NCBI RefSeq assembly: GCF_000400465.1
Contig: NW_008806274.1
Location: 57,319 to 89,318 of the forward strand
Source of the DNA: Wallemia ichthyophaga EXF-994
Lineage: Eukaryota > Fungi > Basidiomycota
DNA: 32,000 nucleotides
Direction of reading: 5' to 3'
Shown: piece by piece, positions 1-11,934 of the stretch
Layout of the letters: every line of letters starts with the position of its first letter
Numbering within the stretch: position 1 is the stretch's first letter
Translations under genes and position numbers: made by a program
Notes under the pieces: generated by a model
Databases searched by the model: none
Seen by the model: the letters and a program-made list of their open reading frames with translations, nothing else
Told to the model about the DNA's origin: nothing

Positions 1-8
1 CGAAACAA

Positions 9-734
9 CTAAAATCTCTGCTTGAGTCTAGCGCCGACGACTTTGAGGTGATTGTAAACCTTTCCTGGAGGACTACCCAAGATCAGGCTGCATATGGAAT
101 CCTTACAGAGTCTGCAGTTGTTGAAAGCGCCGAGAATGTGAATATGAGTGTCAGCGAGGACGATTCTAGTGCGTGTAGCATTCTCGAGCGCGAACTTGGT
201 TTTGCCATTTTGACCAGCGATTCTGCCAATAGCGCGTGAGAGGTGGTCTCCCTGCAGCGATTTCACATCCTTCACTTCGAAGCTGTCGATGTAGAGGTCA
301 TCGAGTCTAAGCAAGGCAATTGCATCCTCGACAGCAAAACCGAGGGCGTATGCCTTGACGAAATCGGCACCTTTCTGGAGGTGGCCGGAATCATTCGTGT
401 GCTTCGAGGAGCGCAGTTCAACGGCTCTTTTTTGAGGGTTCATGCGCACTTGCAGCTTGAGGAGGTCGACTAAAGGGCCGTAGATGTTCACCCAGTCTTT
501 CTTGAGCGGGGACATTCTGTGACCGGGTATGAGAACGCCTGGGAGAGTGAAATAGTGAGAAAAGATAAAAAGGCGAATAAAAATCCACTCACGCCTCGTC
601 TGGCCTTTCAAATCAACAGAAGTGGATTGCGTCTTCTTGGCTGGAGCGAAGACGGGAACGTCTTGGGTGTCCATGGTTTCGTTGGACGTAGACACCATTG
701 GTGTTTCTGTGTCGATCATAACAGAGTCGCCCAT
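9..734 (-). CDS. PNO1: Pre-rRNA-processing KH-domain protein Pno1/Dim2
   Basis: Motifs HRMSPLKKDW, GDHLSRAIGRIAG and GKTKFALENATRTRIVLAD. A 54-nt in-frame GTGAGT..CAG intron at 592-539 is read through by the ORF track; splicing restores QTRR/VLIPGHRM. Exons 734-593 and 538-9. Confidence 0.95.
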   Translation of the reverse strand: MGDSVMIDTETPMVSTSNETMDTQDVPVFAPAKKTQSTSVDLKGQTRREWIFIRLFIFSHYFTLPGVLIPGHRMSPLKKDWVNIYGPLVDLLKLQVRMNPQKRAVELRSSKHTNDSGHLQKGADFVKAYALGFAVEDAIALLRLDDLYIDSFEVKDVKSLQGDHLSRAIGRIAGQNGKTKFALENATRTRIVLADTHIHILGAFNNCRLCKDSICSLILGSPPGKVYNHLKVVGARLKQRF

Positions 735-833
735 TTGTAAATTTAAATTTTAGTGTGTGGATGGGCGGGAGTGAGTTGATAAGAGGATATTTGGGATAGT
801 TGAAAATATTCCAAGCAGAGCTAACACAACAAA

Positions 834-1712
834 TCATTTGAATTTATGCATGAATTCATCGTACAGGCGTTGGTTGTTCGGTGTGCTTATGCCTTTGATG
901 CGTGCTTGGTTGATGATATAACCGTTGAGAAATTCAACTTCCGTGTGTGTTGCAGGCTTTCTACGCTGATGAATATCAGTGTGAGTGCTGTTATAGTTGA
1001 GTGCTGTTGTGTTTATTATGTTTTTGGTGTAAAGATGGGTTGAGTGGTGGTCTAGGTCTAAAACAGTGCAGCATTCATCGACTATGGAGTGTACGAGCTC
1101 ATTGAAGTGGATCAACTCACCGTTTCTACAATTTTGTAGCGTGGCTAGCGCGTTTATGGCGCAATTGGCTGTGAGTTTGAGGTGTGCGGTGTGTTGGAAG
1201 GTGGGAGTGTCCAGGATGTGTACCTTGATGCCATCTAGCTGCGATAGGGTAGAAAGAAGTGAGTTTGAATTGTTATTGAGCTGTTGATTGGAATTGTACG
1301 CTGTTACATTGAGTGTACCACCGTTGCTGGCTTCTGTGAGTATGCCATCTTGAAACGCAGCAGCCATACTGAGATTAGAAATTAGAATCTGCTGGCTATA
1401 CTTGTTTATAGCCTTAGGCTCTAAAAATCCGAGTCCATTTTGCAAAAATAAGATGCTAGCGTCTGGTGCTAGTAGAGGGTGGATTGTTTCAAGTGAGTTT
1501 AAAGCATCATTAGCTTTTGTAGCCACGACTAGCTTTTTAATAGGGTTATTGTGTGATTTATTAGGTGTAAAAAGCCCCTGTCTGCCATCAAACAAGGAAT
1601 ATCTAATGAAACCCCCAAAAGACTTGAAATTACATGCATAATTTAAGCATTTCAAGTGGAATTTACACGCCAACAAACTACCAATAGCACCCATACCAAT
1701 AATATTTATCAT
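834..1712 (-). CDS. PAN5: 2-dehydropantoate (ketopantoate) reductase, PanE/ApbA family
   Basis: N-terminal Rossmann IIGMGAIGSLLA, VVATKA, LFLQNGLG, catalytic-Lys KLTANCAIN and C-terminal N-x-x-S-x-x-x-D...TEVEFLNGYI. Intronless, 292 aa. Confidence 0.85.
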   Translation of the reverse strand: MINIIGMGAIGSLLACKFHLKCLNYACNFKSFGGFIRYSLFDGRQGLFTPNKSHNNPIKKLVVATKANDALNSLETIHPLLAPDASILFLQNGLGFLEPKAINKYSQQILISNLSMAAAFQDGILTEASNGGTLNVTAYNSNQQLNNNSNSLLSTLSQLDGIKVHILDTPTFQHTAHLKLTANCAINALATLQNCRNGELIHFNELVHSIVDECCTVLDLDHHSTHLYTKNIINTTALNYNSTHTDIHQRRKPATHTEVEFLNGYIINQARIKGISTPNNQRLYDEFMHKFK

Positions 1713-1713
1713 T

Positions 1714-2273
1714 TCAATTTAATTTAATTAATATCGTTGTACGCTGTGGGTGTTGGCTGGTTGGAACTGAGTGTGCGGATACTGTTGCCTTGTAGTTGAA
1801 TCCATCCAACACGCTCTCAACAATTCCAGCTGTGAATGATTCTGTAGACAGATTCTTCAAATCGCTTGGAATACACACGCTGCGTGATAGAAGTGGTGTG
1901 TTATCTGTAATCATAAATTCATTTGAATTTTCCTTGGATCTTTCAAGGCTGTCTGCTGGCTTATTGAAGAGTGATTTCCATATCTTTGGGTTGTTTAGAT
2001 GCGCTTACATCTATCTAAATCGCTACACACCGGCGTATGAACCATCTGCAACACCTCAATCAAACTAGTTGGCTGCTTGGGATTCCTACTTGCGCCTTCC
2101 GCCCTCCATCTCATCAACTCCAACTGCCTCTGCCCAACTCGATATCCCAGCCAATTCAACTTACTCTCCAGCTCACCGATCCCATCCACTCGATTTAAAT
2201 TATAATTTATTATTTCCCCGAATAACAATGCCCAGCTACCTAACGCTACCTCTTGTGATTTCAACCCCTCCAT
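1714..2273 (-). CDS. TRS31: TRAPP complex subunit Trs31/TRAPPC5
   Basis: Motifs ELESKLNWLGYRVGQRQLEL, IWKSLFNKPADSLERS, FTAGIVESVLDG and ATVSAH. A 47-nt GTGTGT..AAG intron at 2030-1984 joins the two ORF-track fragments in frame. The start codon is uncertain and the C-terminus is short (TTILIKLN*). Confidence 0.9.
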
Positions 2274-2359
2274 CGCTTTTCAACAACGTCCATCTCCGCC
2301 ACCAATCTCATTCAATTTTCTACTCATTTTTACCCGAATTTCCTTTTATCCTGTAGATC

Positions 2360-4401
2360 ATGATCCTGCGATCATTTTGCACTAAAAATCTCGTCCTCAA
2401 ACCCACTCGATGCACCGTACCTTTTACCCTATCAAACAATGGCAATCGGATACTCTCGAGACCATTGTCTTTGTCTTCTATCTTACCATTGCGTAGGTCT
2501 CCCAACAACGCCCCAAAAATACGGATGCCCACTGCGAAACTCATCGACGTAATCAAAACTGAGCAATCAACCTTCTCCAAAGGCGTAATTTTCCTCGCCA
2601 TCAGCTCATCAGTGTCGCTCATTATACCCGCCTCTATTGGTTCTCTCATTGACCTCTTTTCCGGTGCTAAACCGGATGCTTTCTTTGGCTACTCCCTTAC
2701 CAGCGTGACGTGCGCTTTAGGAGGTTTATTCGCTGTTGGTGCAGCAGCCAACGCCGGCCGCGCCATGTTATTTCGTTTAGCTGGTCAGCGTATAGTGAAC
2801 CGCTTGCGCGTTGACGCCTACTCAAATGCGCTCAAGCAAGATGTAGAATTCGCCGATAAAGGGAGTGGGGAGACTCTCTCTCGTCTCACCTCCGACTCAA
2901 CAATCCTTACTGACTGCGTAACGCAATCTCTTTCCGACGGTCTGCGCGCGAGCGTGTTCAGTGTGTTTGGGCTGTGCGCCATGTTTTTCATCAGCAGCAA
3001 ACTGACGACGGTAATGTTAACGATAGTGCCCCCAATAGCTATCGGAGCGGTGTTCTACGGTCGCTACCTGAAACGCCTCTCGACAGCCTCGCAGGATGCT
3101 CTCGCAGACGCTAGTAACTTAGCCAACGAGCGTCTAAGCGCCTTCCGCACTATCACAGCATCCAACACACAGGATGGGGAAGCTAAGCGGTTCTCCAGAA
3201 AGATAGATACTGTCCTGCAGCTAGGTAGGAGGGAGGCGATTGCGAGTGGTGTCTTTTTCGGCAGTACGGGGTTCTCGGGTAACCTTTCCATCCTCGCACT
3301 GTTGGCATACGGTGGTCATCTTGTGGGATTGGGTGAGATTACTATAGGCAACCTCTCTTCTCTTCTCCTTTACTCGGCTTATGTGGGCAGCTCCCTCTCT
3401 AGCCTTACCTCGTTCTATAGTTCTATGATGCGCGGATTGGGCGCCGGTGAACGCGTTTTTGCACTGATAGAACGTAAGCCGCAGATCAAACTGGGCGAAG
3501 GATACGATTTGGCTAGTGTGCTCGGAGGCAAATCTAGCGGAACGGTGCGGTTCGAGCGCTGTGCTTTCACGTATCCGACGCGACCAGATGCGACGATACT
3601 GCGTGATGTATCATTTGATGGTGAGTGTTGAGTGTTGAGAGTGGAGGGATAGTGAATCCTACCCAAGCAAGACTAGCACTAAGACTGAGACTGACACACC
3701 ATACAGTCCCTCAAGGCCAGAGTGTAGCGATAGCCGGACCATCTGGTGCGGGCAAGACGTCGATCATAGCGTTATTACTGCGCTACTACGATCCAAACGG
3801 CGGGCGAGTGACATACAACGGTCACGACATACGCGCCTTCACACCTGAGAGCTGGCGAGAGATTATCGGGGTAGTAGACCAACGACCCGTGTTATTCGCG
3901 GGAACGATCGAGGAGAATATAAAATATGGTACAGAAAATGCAAGTAGTTTCGACGTGTACAATGCAGCTATGCAGGCGAATTGCGAATTTGTCAAACAGC
4001 TTCCACAAGGTTTCCACACTACAGTCACGCCGTCGTCGCTGAGCGGTGGACAGGTGCAGCGGATAGCTATTGCGCGCGCTCTCATCAAACGACCCGCTTT
4101 GCTGGTGCTGGATGAGGCGAGCAGCGCGCTGGACGCACAGAGCGAAGCGCAGGTGAATGAGGCTATAAGACGCATCCTCAACCAGTCTCAGACTACCGTT
4201 ATCGTTATCGCTCATCGGCTCTCGTCACTGCGTAGCGCGCAAAAAATAGTATGTCTTGAAGACGGCGTCGTTAGTGAGAGCGGTAGCTTTGAAGAACTAA
4301 CTAAGAGCGGAGGCGGGAGATTCAGACGCCTGATGGCTGAACAGCTGTCGAGTGCGGCAGGCGGGGCTGGTGAGCTGCAGTATAGCCGCAAGGTGGAATA
4401 A
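2360..4401 (+). CDS. MDL1: Mitochondrial half-size ABC transporter, Mdl1/ABCB10 family
   Basis: Basic presequence-like N-terminus and an ABC transmembrane domain, then Walker A GPSGAGKT, signature LSGGQ and Walker B LVLDEASSALD. Intron 3621-3706 (GTGAGT..CAG, 86 nt) gives FDV/PQGQS. Confidence 0.9.
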
Positions 4402-4517
4402 AAAGGGGTAGGATTTGTGAGGCTAGTGCTGTATATAGACATGTATAATGCTTTCAATAGTTTGACGCCAGCATCGAGAAGATCTTGCATCTTGCACAGC
4501 CACGGCGAGGATCGATA

Positions 4518-6449
<1,932 letters not shown>

Positions 6450-6503
6450 TGTAAGTGGAGGGTATGAGGAATAACCAAGACAATAAAATTTTCATTTCTT
6501 CCG

Positions 6504-7167
6504 TCATGTCATCTTAAAGTCGTTGTACGCCGACGTAGTAGCTTGCTGGACGTTGTCGAGGGTACTTTCAGGGAGTGTGTCTATTTGAGTGGCGGGACAC
6601 CCGCTGAAGAGGGCGTACGGGGGGATGACGGTGTTAGGAGGGACAACGGAGCCTGGAGTGAGTCTGGCGCAGTCCTTGATAACGACGAAACGACCCTGGG
6701 GAGAAGGATGTTAGGATAGGTGTATTAGATAAGTGCCACTCCACCCACCACCACACACCCGCGTCCAATGTCGACATAGGAACCTACGGCCGCGGCTTCC
6801 AACACGGAGTGTGCACCGATTGAAGTATAATCACCAATTTTCATCGGGTAGTAGCTGAAAGTGCCTTTGTATGTCTTGTACGCCGGCCGCACAACGCAAG
6901 CCTCATCGAGGATGGTGTATTTACCAATATTCATGGCTATAGAGGGGGAAGGACCGGCGCGTTTAAGATCGCCGCGGATGATGACGTCGGCCTTTATAAT
7001 TACGTTGCCCGAGAGGACTATGTTGACGGGTGCGCAGATGGTCGCCTTGCGGGAGATTCTGTTGCCTGTGTCCTGTGTGCTGGGAGATGAGCAAGGAGAA
7101 TAACAACACGGGAAGCTGCACCCACAGTCTCTATCCATAAAGAATCATTTTTGAATCGCGTCGTCAT
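6504..7167 (-). CDS. DCTN5: Dynactin subunit p25 (left-handed beta-helix)
   Basis: WIET/DTGNRISRKATIC, IIRGDL, YPMKIGDY and GRFVVIKDC match DCTN5. Exons 7167-7126, 7072-6749, 6695-6504; both introns are 53 nt GTGGGT..CAG. Confidence 0.9.
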
Positions 7168-7205
7168 GGATGTTGGCGGGCAAGGTGGGTTGATAACACA
7201 CCGCC

Positions 7206-8363
7206 ATGGCCACACTCGCGGAAAAACGGAAACCATCGCTGAAAGTGGCTAAGCCCGCACAGCGATACAGACCTGGACAGAGACCGGTGCAGGCGGAGGG
7301 GAGCGATGGCAGTGGGAGTGAGAGTGAGGATGAGGAAGAGGAAGACGGCGACGACTATGAGAACGAGAATGGGAATGAGAATATCACTGCTCTTGATACT
7401 ATCGATCAGGATATAAAGCCTGATATCAAGCCTGATACTCGTAACATGGCTATCAGCACAAATATCAAGGATTTGGATATCGGCAGAACTCAAGTCAAGC
7501 AAGAGTCTGAAACGGGCGATAACCAAGAAATTAGCCAAGAAAGCAGCCAAGAAAGCTCAGAAGAAAGCTCAGAAGAAAGCTCAGAAGAAGCCCCAGCACC
7601 CCGTCTTAAACCAACATTCATACCAAAGTGGGTGCATCCATCTACACACACAGGACCATCTAAGTAGCCACTAACTAGACGCGCTCGCGAGACCACCCTA
7701 CAGCAGCAGAAACAGACCCAAGATTCAGAAGAAGCGCAAAGAAAGAGAGAAGAAGCAGATGAAGAGCGGAAACAGGCGTCGATTGATATGGTGGCTGACA
7801 GTATACGCAGGGAGATGGCAGAGAAGGACGCTACACAGCTCATCCCTGATGTAGACGACACAGATGGTCTTGACCCACAGGCTGAATTCGACGCTTGGAG
7901 GCTGCGTGAATTGAAGCGTATAGAGCGACATGAGGTGGCTAAGAAAATTCGCGATGAAGAGATGGAGGAAATAGAGCGTAGACGCGCTATGCCAGAACAC
8001 GAACGCATCAAGCAAGACACTGCCCTCGCTGAACAGAAGCGCGACGAGAAATACAAAACCAGACAGGGCGGTACTTATATGCAGAAATTCTGGCATAAAG
8101 GTGCTTTCCATCAGGATATGGATGTCTTGAAGAGAGATCTTTCTGGACCTACGGAGAATCAAATCGACCTTGGTAAACTCCCGCAAGTGATGCAAGTGAG
8201 AGATTTCGGTAAGATCAAGCAGACAAAGTATAAGACGCTTAAAGACGAGGATACTAGTGTGCAGAATACTACTAAGAAGAAGCGCGATGACGTTGGTGAT
8301 AGTAGATATAGACAGCAGGAGGATATTGATCGGGAGGACAGTAAGCGACAGAAGGTGTCGTAG
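7206..8363 (+). CDS. MFAP1: Spliceosomal B-complex protein MFAP1/Spp381-like
   Basis: RYRPG N-terminal motif, PRLKPTFIPK, DDTDGLDPQAEFDAWRLRELKRI, YMQKFWHKGAFHQD, LPQVMQVRDFGK. Intron 7628-7678 (GTGGGT..CTAACTAG). Confidence 0.88.
7524..7589 (+). repeat. 12-nt coding tandem repeat (S)AAGAAAGCTCA, about 5.5 copies, encoding QEISQESSQESSEESSEESSEE
   Basis: Direct reading at 7524-7589. Confidence 0.85.
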
Positions 8364-8460
8364 TTGTAGTACAGTCGCAATTGCAGTCACATTATGTACT
8401 TGTATTTATATTCATTGTCAGAGTGATGATGCAAAATAATTGAAAACCCCCTAAGCCCCA

Positions 8461-9309
8461 TTAAACACGGCTATTCTCCCCAGCTGGAACATTAAGTAGT
8501 ATACCATTACCACCACCATTTCCAGAAGGAAGGAAAGTAACATTTTGATTTGTGCCGTTGGACAATCTAGTAGCGATATCCTTTGAAGCTTCAATTCTTC
8601 TAAGAGTGAGTATAGCCTCACCATACTTATCCATAGCTTTGGAAACAGTCGACGCAGCTTCAGCTTCACCTTCACTCCTGATAATGTTAGCTTTTCTCTC
8701 CTGATCAGATTTCTCAACAACAAATCTAGCCCTTTCAGCTTCTTGCTGAGCAATTTGCTTCTGTTCGACAGCCTTTGTGAACTCTTTACCGAAAGTCATA
8801 TGAGTGATTGAGACGTCCTCCAATTTGATGTTAAACTCATCGGCTCTTTTGAGAAGATCATCGCGTATACGACTAGAGACAACCTCTCTTTGGGTGATTA
8901 ATTCAGCGGCATCAAACTGAGCAACGATAGCCTTAAGTACTTCGTTACCGATCGAAGGCAGGACTCTTTCTTCATAGTCTAAACCCAAACCCTTATAAAT
9001 TGTAGGCAGTCTTTCAATATCAGGTCTACTAAGGACTCTTAAAGTGAGAGAAACCATTTGTAAATCTTTGGAACCAGTTGTAGTGGCGATGTTGCGAGGC
9101 TTTATACGGCAGTCATAGAGGATTGCTCTTTGTAGCCAGGGGATGAGCAAGTGAGTACCTTCACTAGTCGAAGTATCCTTAACACCAGAGAAACGATCGA
9201 ATAGGACAGCCTTGAAGCCACCGGGGACGTCGTAGATAGAGGATTGTAAGAATGAGACGCCAATAGCAGCGGGTACAAGTAATTTAGATAGTGCGTTTGG
9301 TAAGGCCAT
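8461..9309 (-). CDS. PHB1: Prohibitin 1 (SPFH domain)
   Basis: Motifs AVLFDRFSGVKD, TGSKDLQMVSLTLRVLSRP, ERVLPSIGNEVLKAIVAQFDAAELITQRE and AVEQKQIAQQEAERA. Intronless. Confidence 0.97.
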   Translation of the reverse strand: MALPNALSKLLVPAAIGVSFLQSSIYDVPGGFKAVLFDRFSGVKDTSTSEGTHLLIPWLQRAILYDCRIKPRNIATTTGSKDLQMVSLTLRVLSRPDIERLPTIYKGLGLDYEERVLPSIGNEVLKAIVAQFDAAELITQREVVSSRIRDDLLKRADEFNIKLEDVSITHMTFGKEFTKAVEQKQIAQQEAERARFVVEKSDQERKANIIRSEGEAEAASTVSKAMDKYGEAILTLRRIEASKDIATRLSNGTNQNVTFLPSGNGGGNGILLNVPAGENSRV

Positions 9310-9431
9310 TTTGGTGTTGGGAGTTGTTGATCGTTACTTGTTACTGGTTAACCGCCAACTACCACGTATAAAAGGTTTACTAGTAAATATTTCTAGTCTT
9401 TACATCAAATTAACACTATTAGTTCACAGTC

Positions 9432-9792
9432 ATGTCCGCAAAAATATCAAACCCAGAGTTGAAGAAGGTTGTCCAAGTGATTTGCTTGTAAATTACTAGC
9501 TAACACTCAACAGTACATGGATAAGCGTGTTCTTGTAAATCTACAAGCAAATAGAAAGGTTACCGGGCAATTAAGAGGATTTGACTTGTTCTTGAATCTA
9601 GTGTTGGATGATGCACACGATGAATCTGTTGCGGGTGAAAAGAGCAAGATTGGTCAGACTGTAGGGGGTACAACATATCTATTAATCACTATTCACCAAA
9701 ATCCCCAGGTTATCCGCGGAAACTCAGTAACTTCCATGGAATCACTCGAAGCAATCCCAAAGCAACGGACATGGGGACAAAGGCAGTATTAA
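9432..9792 (+). CDS. SMX2: Small nuclear ribonucleoprotein Sm G
   Basis: PELKK/YMDK, LRGFDLFLNLVLDD and IRGNS Sm2 motif. Exons 9432-9467, 9514-9660, 9709-9792. Confidence 0.9.
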
Positions 9793-9885
9793 TATATTAA
9801 TTAATTTAAATTTTAAAGTATTTTGTACATTTCATCCTTTTTACCTTCCCTTACGTTCAAACTCCCAATAGGTCAAAGAGCTCAA

Positions 9886-11766
9886 ATGAGAAGACCAATT
9901 TCACTCTACTTGCTGCAAGTTTCTTTGTCTATCGCAAGTCCAATAGCCAGTCCTATTACTATTCTCCACAAGGAACATCCCCCAGGCACAACTCTCTTCT
10001 ATGTACAACTCATTATCTCAATTTCCTTGGTTCTGTCTGGTGGCTTATTTGCTGGGTCAGTTAGGTTTCGATAAGCCATTTCCACTCTCACACCACTCCA
10101 GTCTCACTCTCGGTATCCTCTCCCTCGATGACTTGAACTTGAAAGTCCTTGAAACTTCGGGCGAATCTCAAACTGAAAGGGATCACGCAAAGCGTTTAAT
10201 TAACCTTTTGTCTCTCGGTAGACATTGGATTCTCTCCGTTCTCCTCCTCTCCAACTCGGTCGTAAACGAAGCACTTCCAATCTTCCTTGATAGCATCCTT
10301 GGCGGTGGTTATGTGGGTTTTACACTTGTTCGTATCGCTCATTTCTCATTCTCCCTCAGTCTGCCATTTTCATTTCCACAGCTTCTATCTTCATGTTTGG
10401 AGAGTGCGTTTTCTGCTATTCCCCCGTTTTAACCACTCTGACTCTCCCACTCCCACAGAATAATACCTCAGTCTATCTGCGCCAGACACGGCTTAGCCAT
10501 CGGCTCCTTCTTCTCCCCTCTCGTCTTGATCCTCTGTTACCTCACCTCTCCAATCACATACCCCCTCTCAAAACTCCTTGATTTCATTTTAGGCTCTCAG
10601 CACGACACTACTTGTCAGTTTCTCTGTTTTTCTTGCCCTTTTGCATATGTCTCACCCATCCTCCAGACAAAAAGGCTGAACTCAAGTCTTTCTTGAATCT
10701 ACACAGATATGGCGTTGAGCCTTTACAAGACGACGAGATCAATATCATGGAGGCTTGCTTGTCACTTAATGAGAAGAAAGTCATGGACATCATGACCCCC
10801 ATTGAAGATGTCTACAAATTATCAAGTGATCAAGTTGTCGATGGTGTTGTGATTGACAAAATCTTGCATCACGGTTATTCGAGAATCCCGATTCACACCC
10901 CTAACAATCCTACACGCTTCATTGGTATGCTCCTAGTTAAGAAGCTCATCAAATATGATCCTGAAGATAAGTGGCTTGTCAGTGACTTTGCGCTGTGTGA
11001 GTTTGTTAAAAGCACTCAAGCTACCTGCTAATCTCTCCCCTTTAGCCGTCTTGCCAGAAGCTCTACCAAACATCAGCTGCTTCCAGGCCTTAGACTACTT
11101 CCAGACTGGTCGTGCCCACCTTCTCGTGATTACTGAACACCCAGGTGATCTTCAAGGCAGAGGTGTGCTTGGTGTTGCGACTCTCGAGGATGTCCTGGAG
11201 GAGATTCTTGGGGAAGAGATTATCGACGAGTCTGATAGGTTAGTTATGTGTCTGGATAAAGCGTTTCAACTGACTTGGATAATTTGCCCACTCTTAGGAT
11301 TATGGATAATAGATCGAAAAGACGTGTCGTGCGCACCCACCAATACATCAAGGGTATCTATGAACGTCAGAAAGCAGTCAGGAGAGGCAGTTTACCAGAA
11401 TCGAGTACGAAGAGTACAAATTCTAGAGCAGAATCACCAGTCGCCAATTTCAGGAAGAAGCATGGCACGTCTACTCCATCCACCAGCACAATGGAGTATG
11501 CACGTCCATCTGCGACTGTGATGGACAGCAGTCACCCTATTAGTAGCACCAACACTAACACCAACACTAATACTAACAGCACTGTGGCCAATATGTCAAA
11601 CGAGGATCTAGTGGAGAACCTCACTGACGAGAATACAGCACTCATTAAAAGTCCAGCTGCTAGACATCCAACTAACAGTAGCAATAGAGCGAAATTCACA
11701 ACTTCGGTTGTCGGTTCACCTACACACTCTGAAAGAGACAATAACAACTATGGATCCGTTGCTTGA
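9886..11766 (+). CDS. MAM3: CNNM/Mam3-family membrane protein (DUF21 plus CBS pair), divalent-cation homeostasis
   Basis: GLFAG/LTLG, LVRLLLSNSVVNEALPIFLD-type segment (WILSVLLLSNSVVNEALPIFLD), IFMFGE/IIPQSICARHGL, GYSRIPI, GVATLEDVLEEILGEEIIDESD. Introns 10056-10101, 10313-10359, 10404-10458, 10614-10666, 10997-11045, 11239-11297. Confidence 0.88.
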
Positions 11767-11934
11767 TATGCATTCTAACTTTATGATTTACCTTTGATAT
11801 ACTCGCAAACACGTATACACGCGCTTACTAGAAATTACTTTAACATTCAACCATTTTATTGTAAATAATGATGCATATTCATATACAGATTATAAATAAA
11901 ATTATTAATATGGTGAACGCAATCAAGATGGTGG

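Noticed and set aside
7725-8390. 221-aa antisense ORF over MFAP1, and similar shadows (e.g. 27509-28018, 6725-7138 5' part, 16707-17099)
   Set aside because: They overlap well-supported genes and show no recognisable motifs; they are expected from codon bias.
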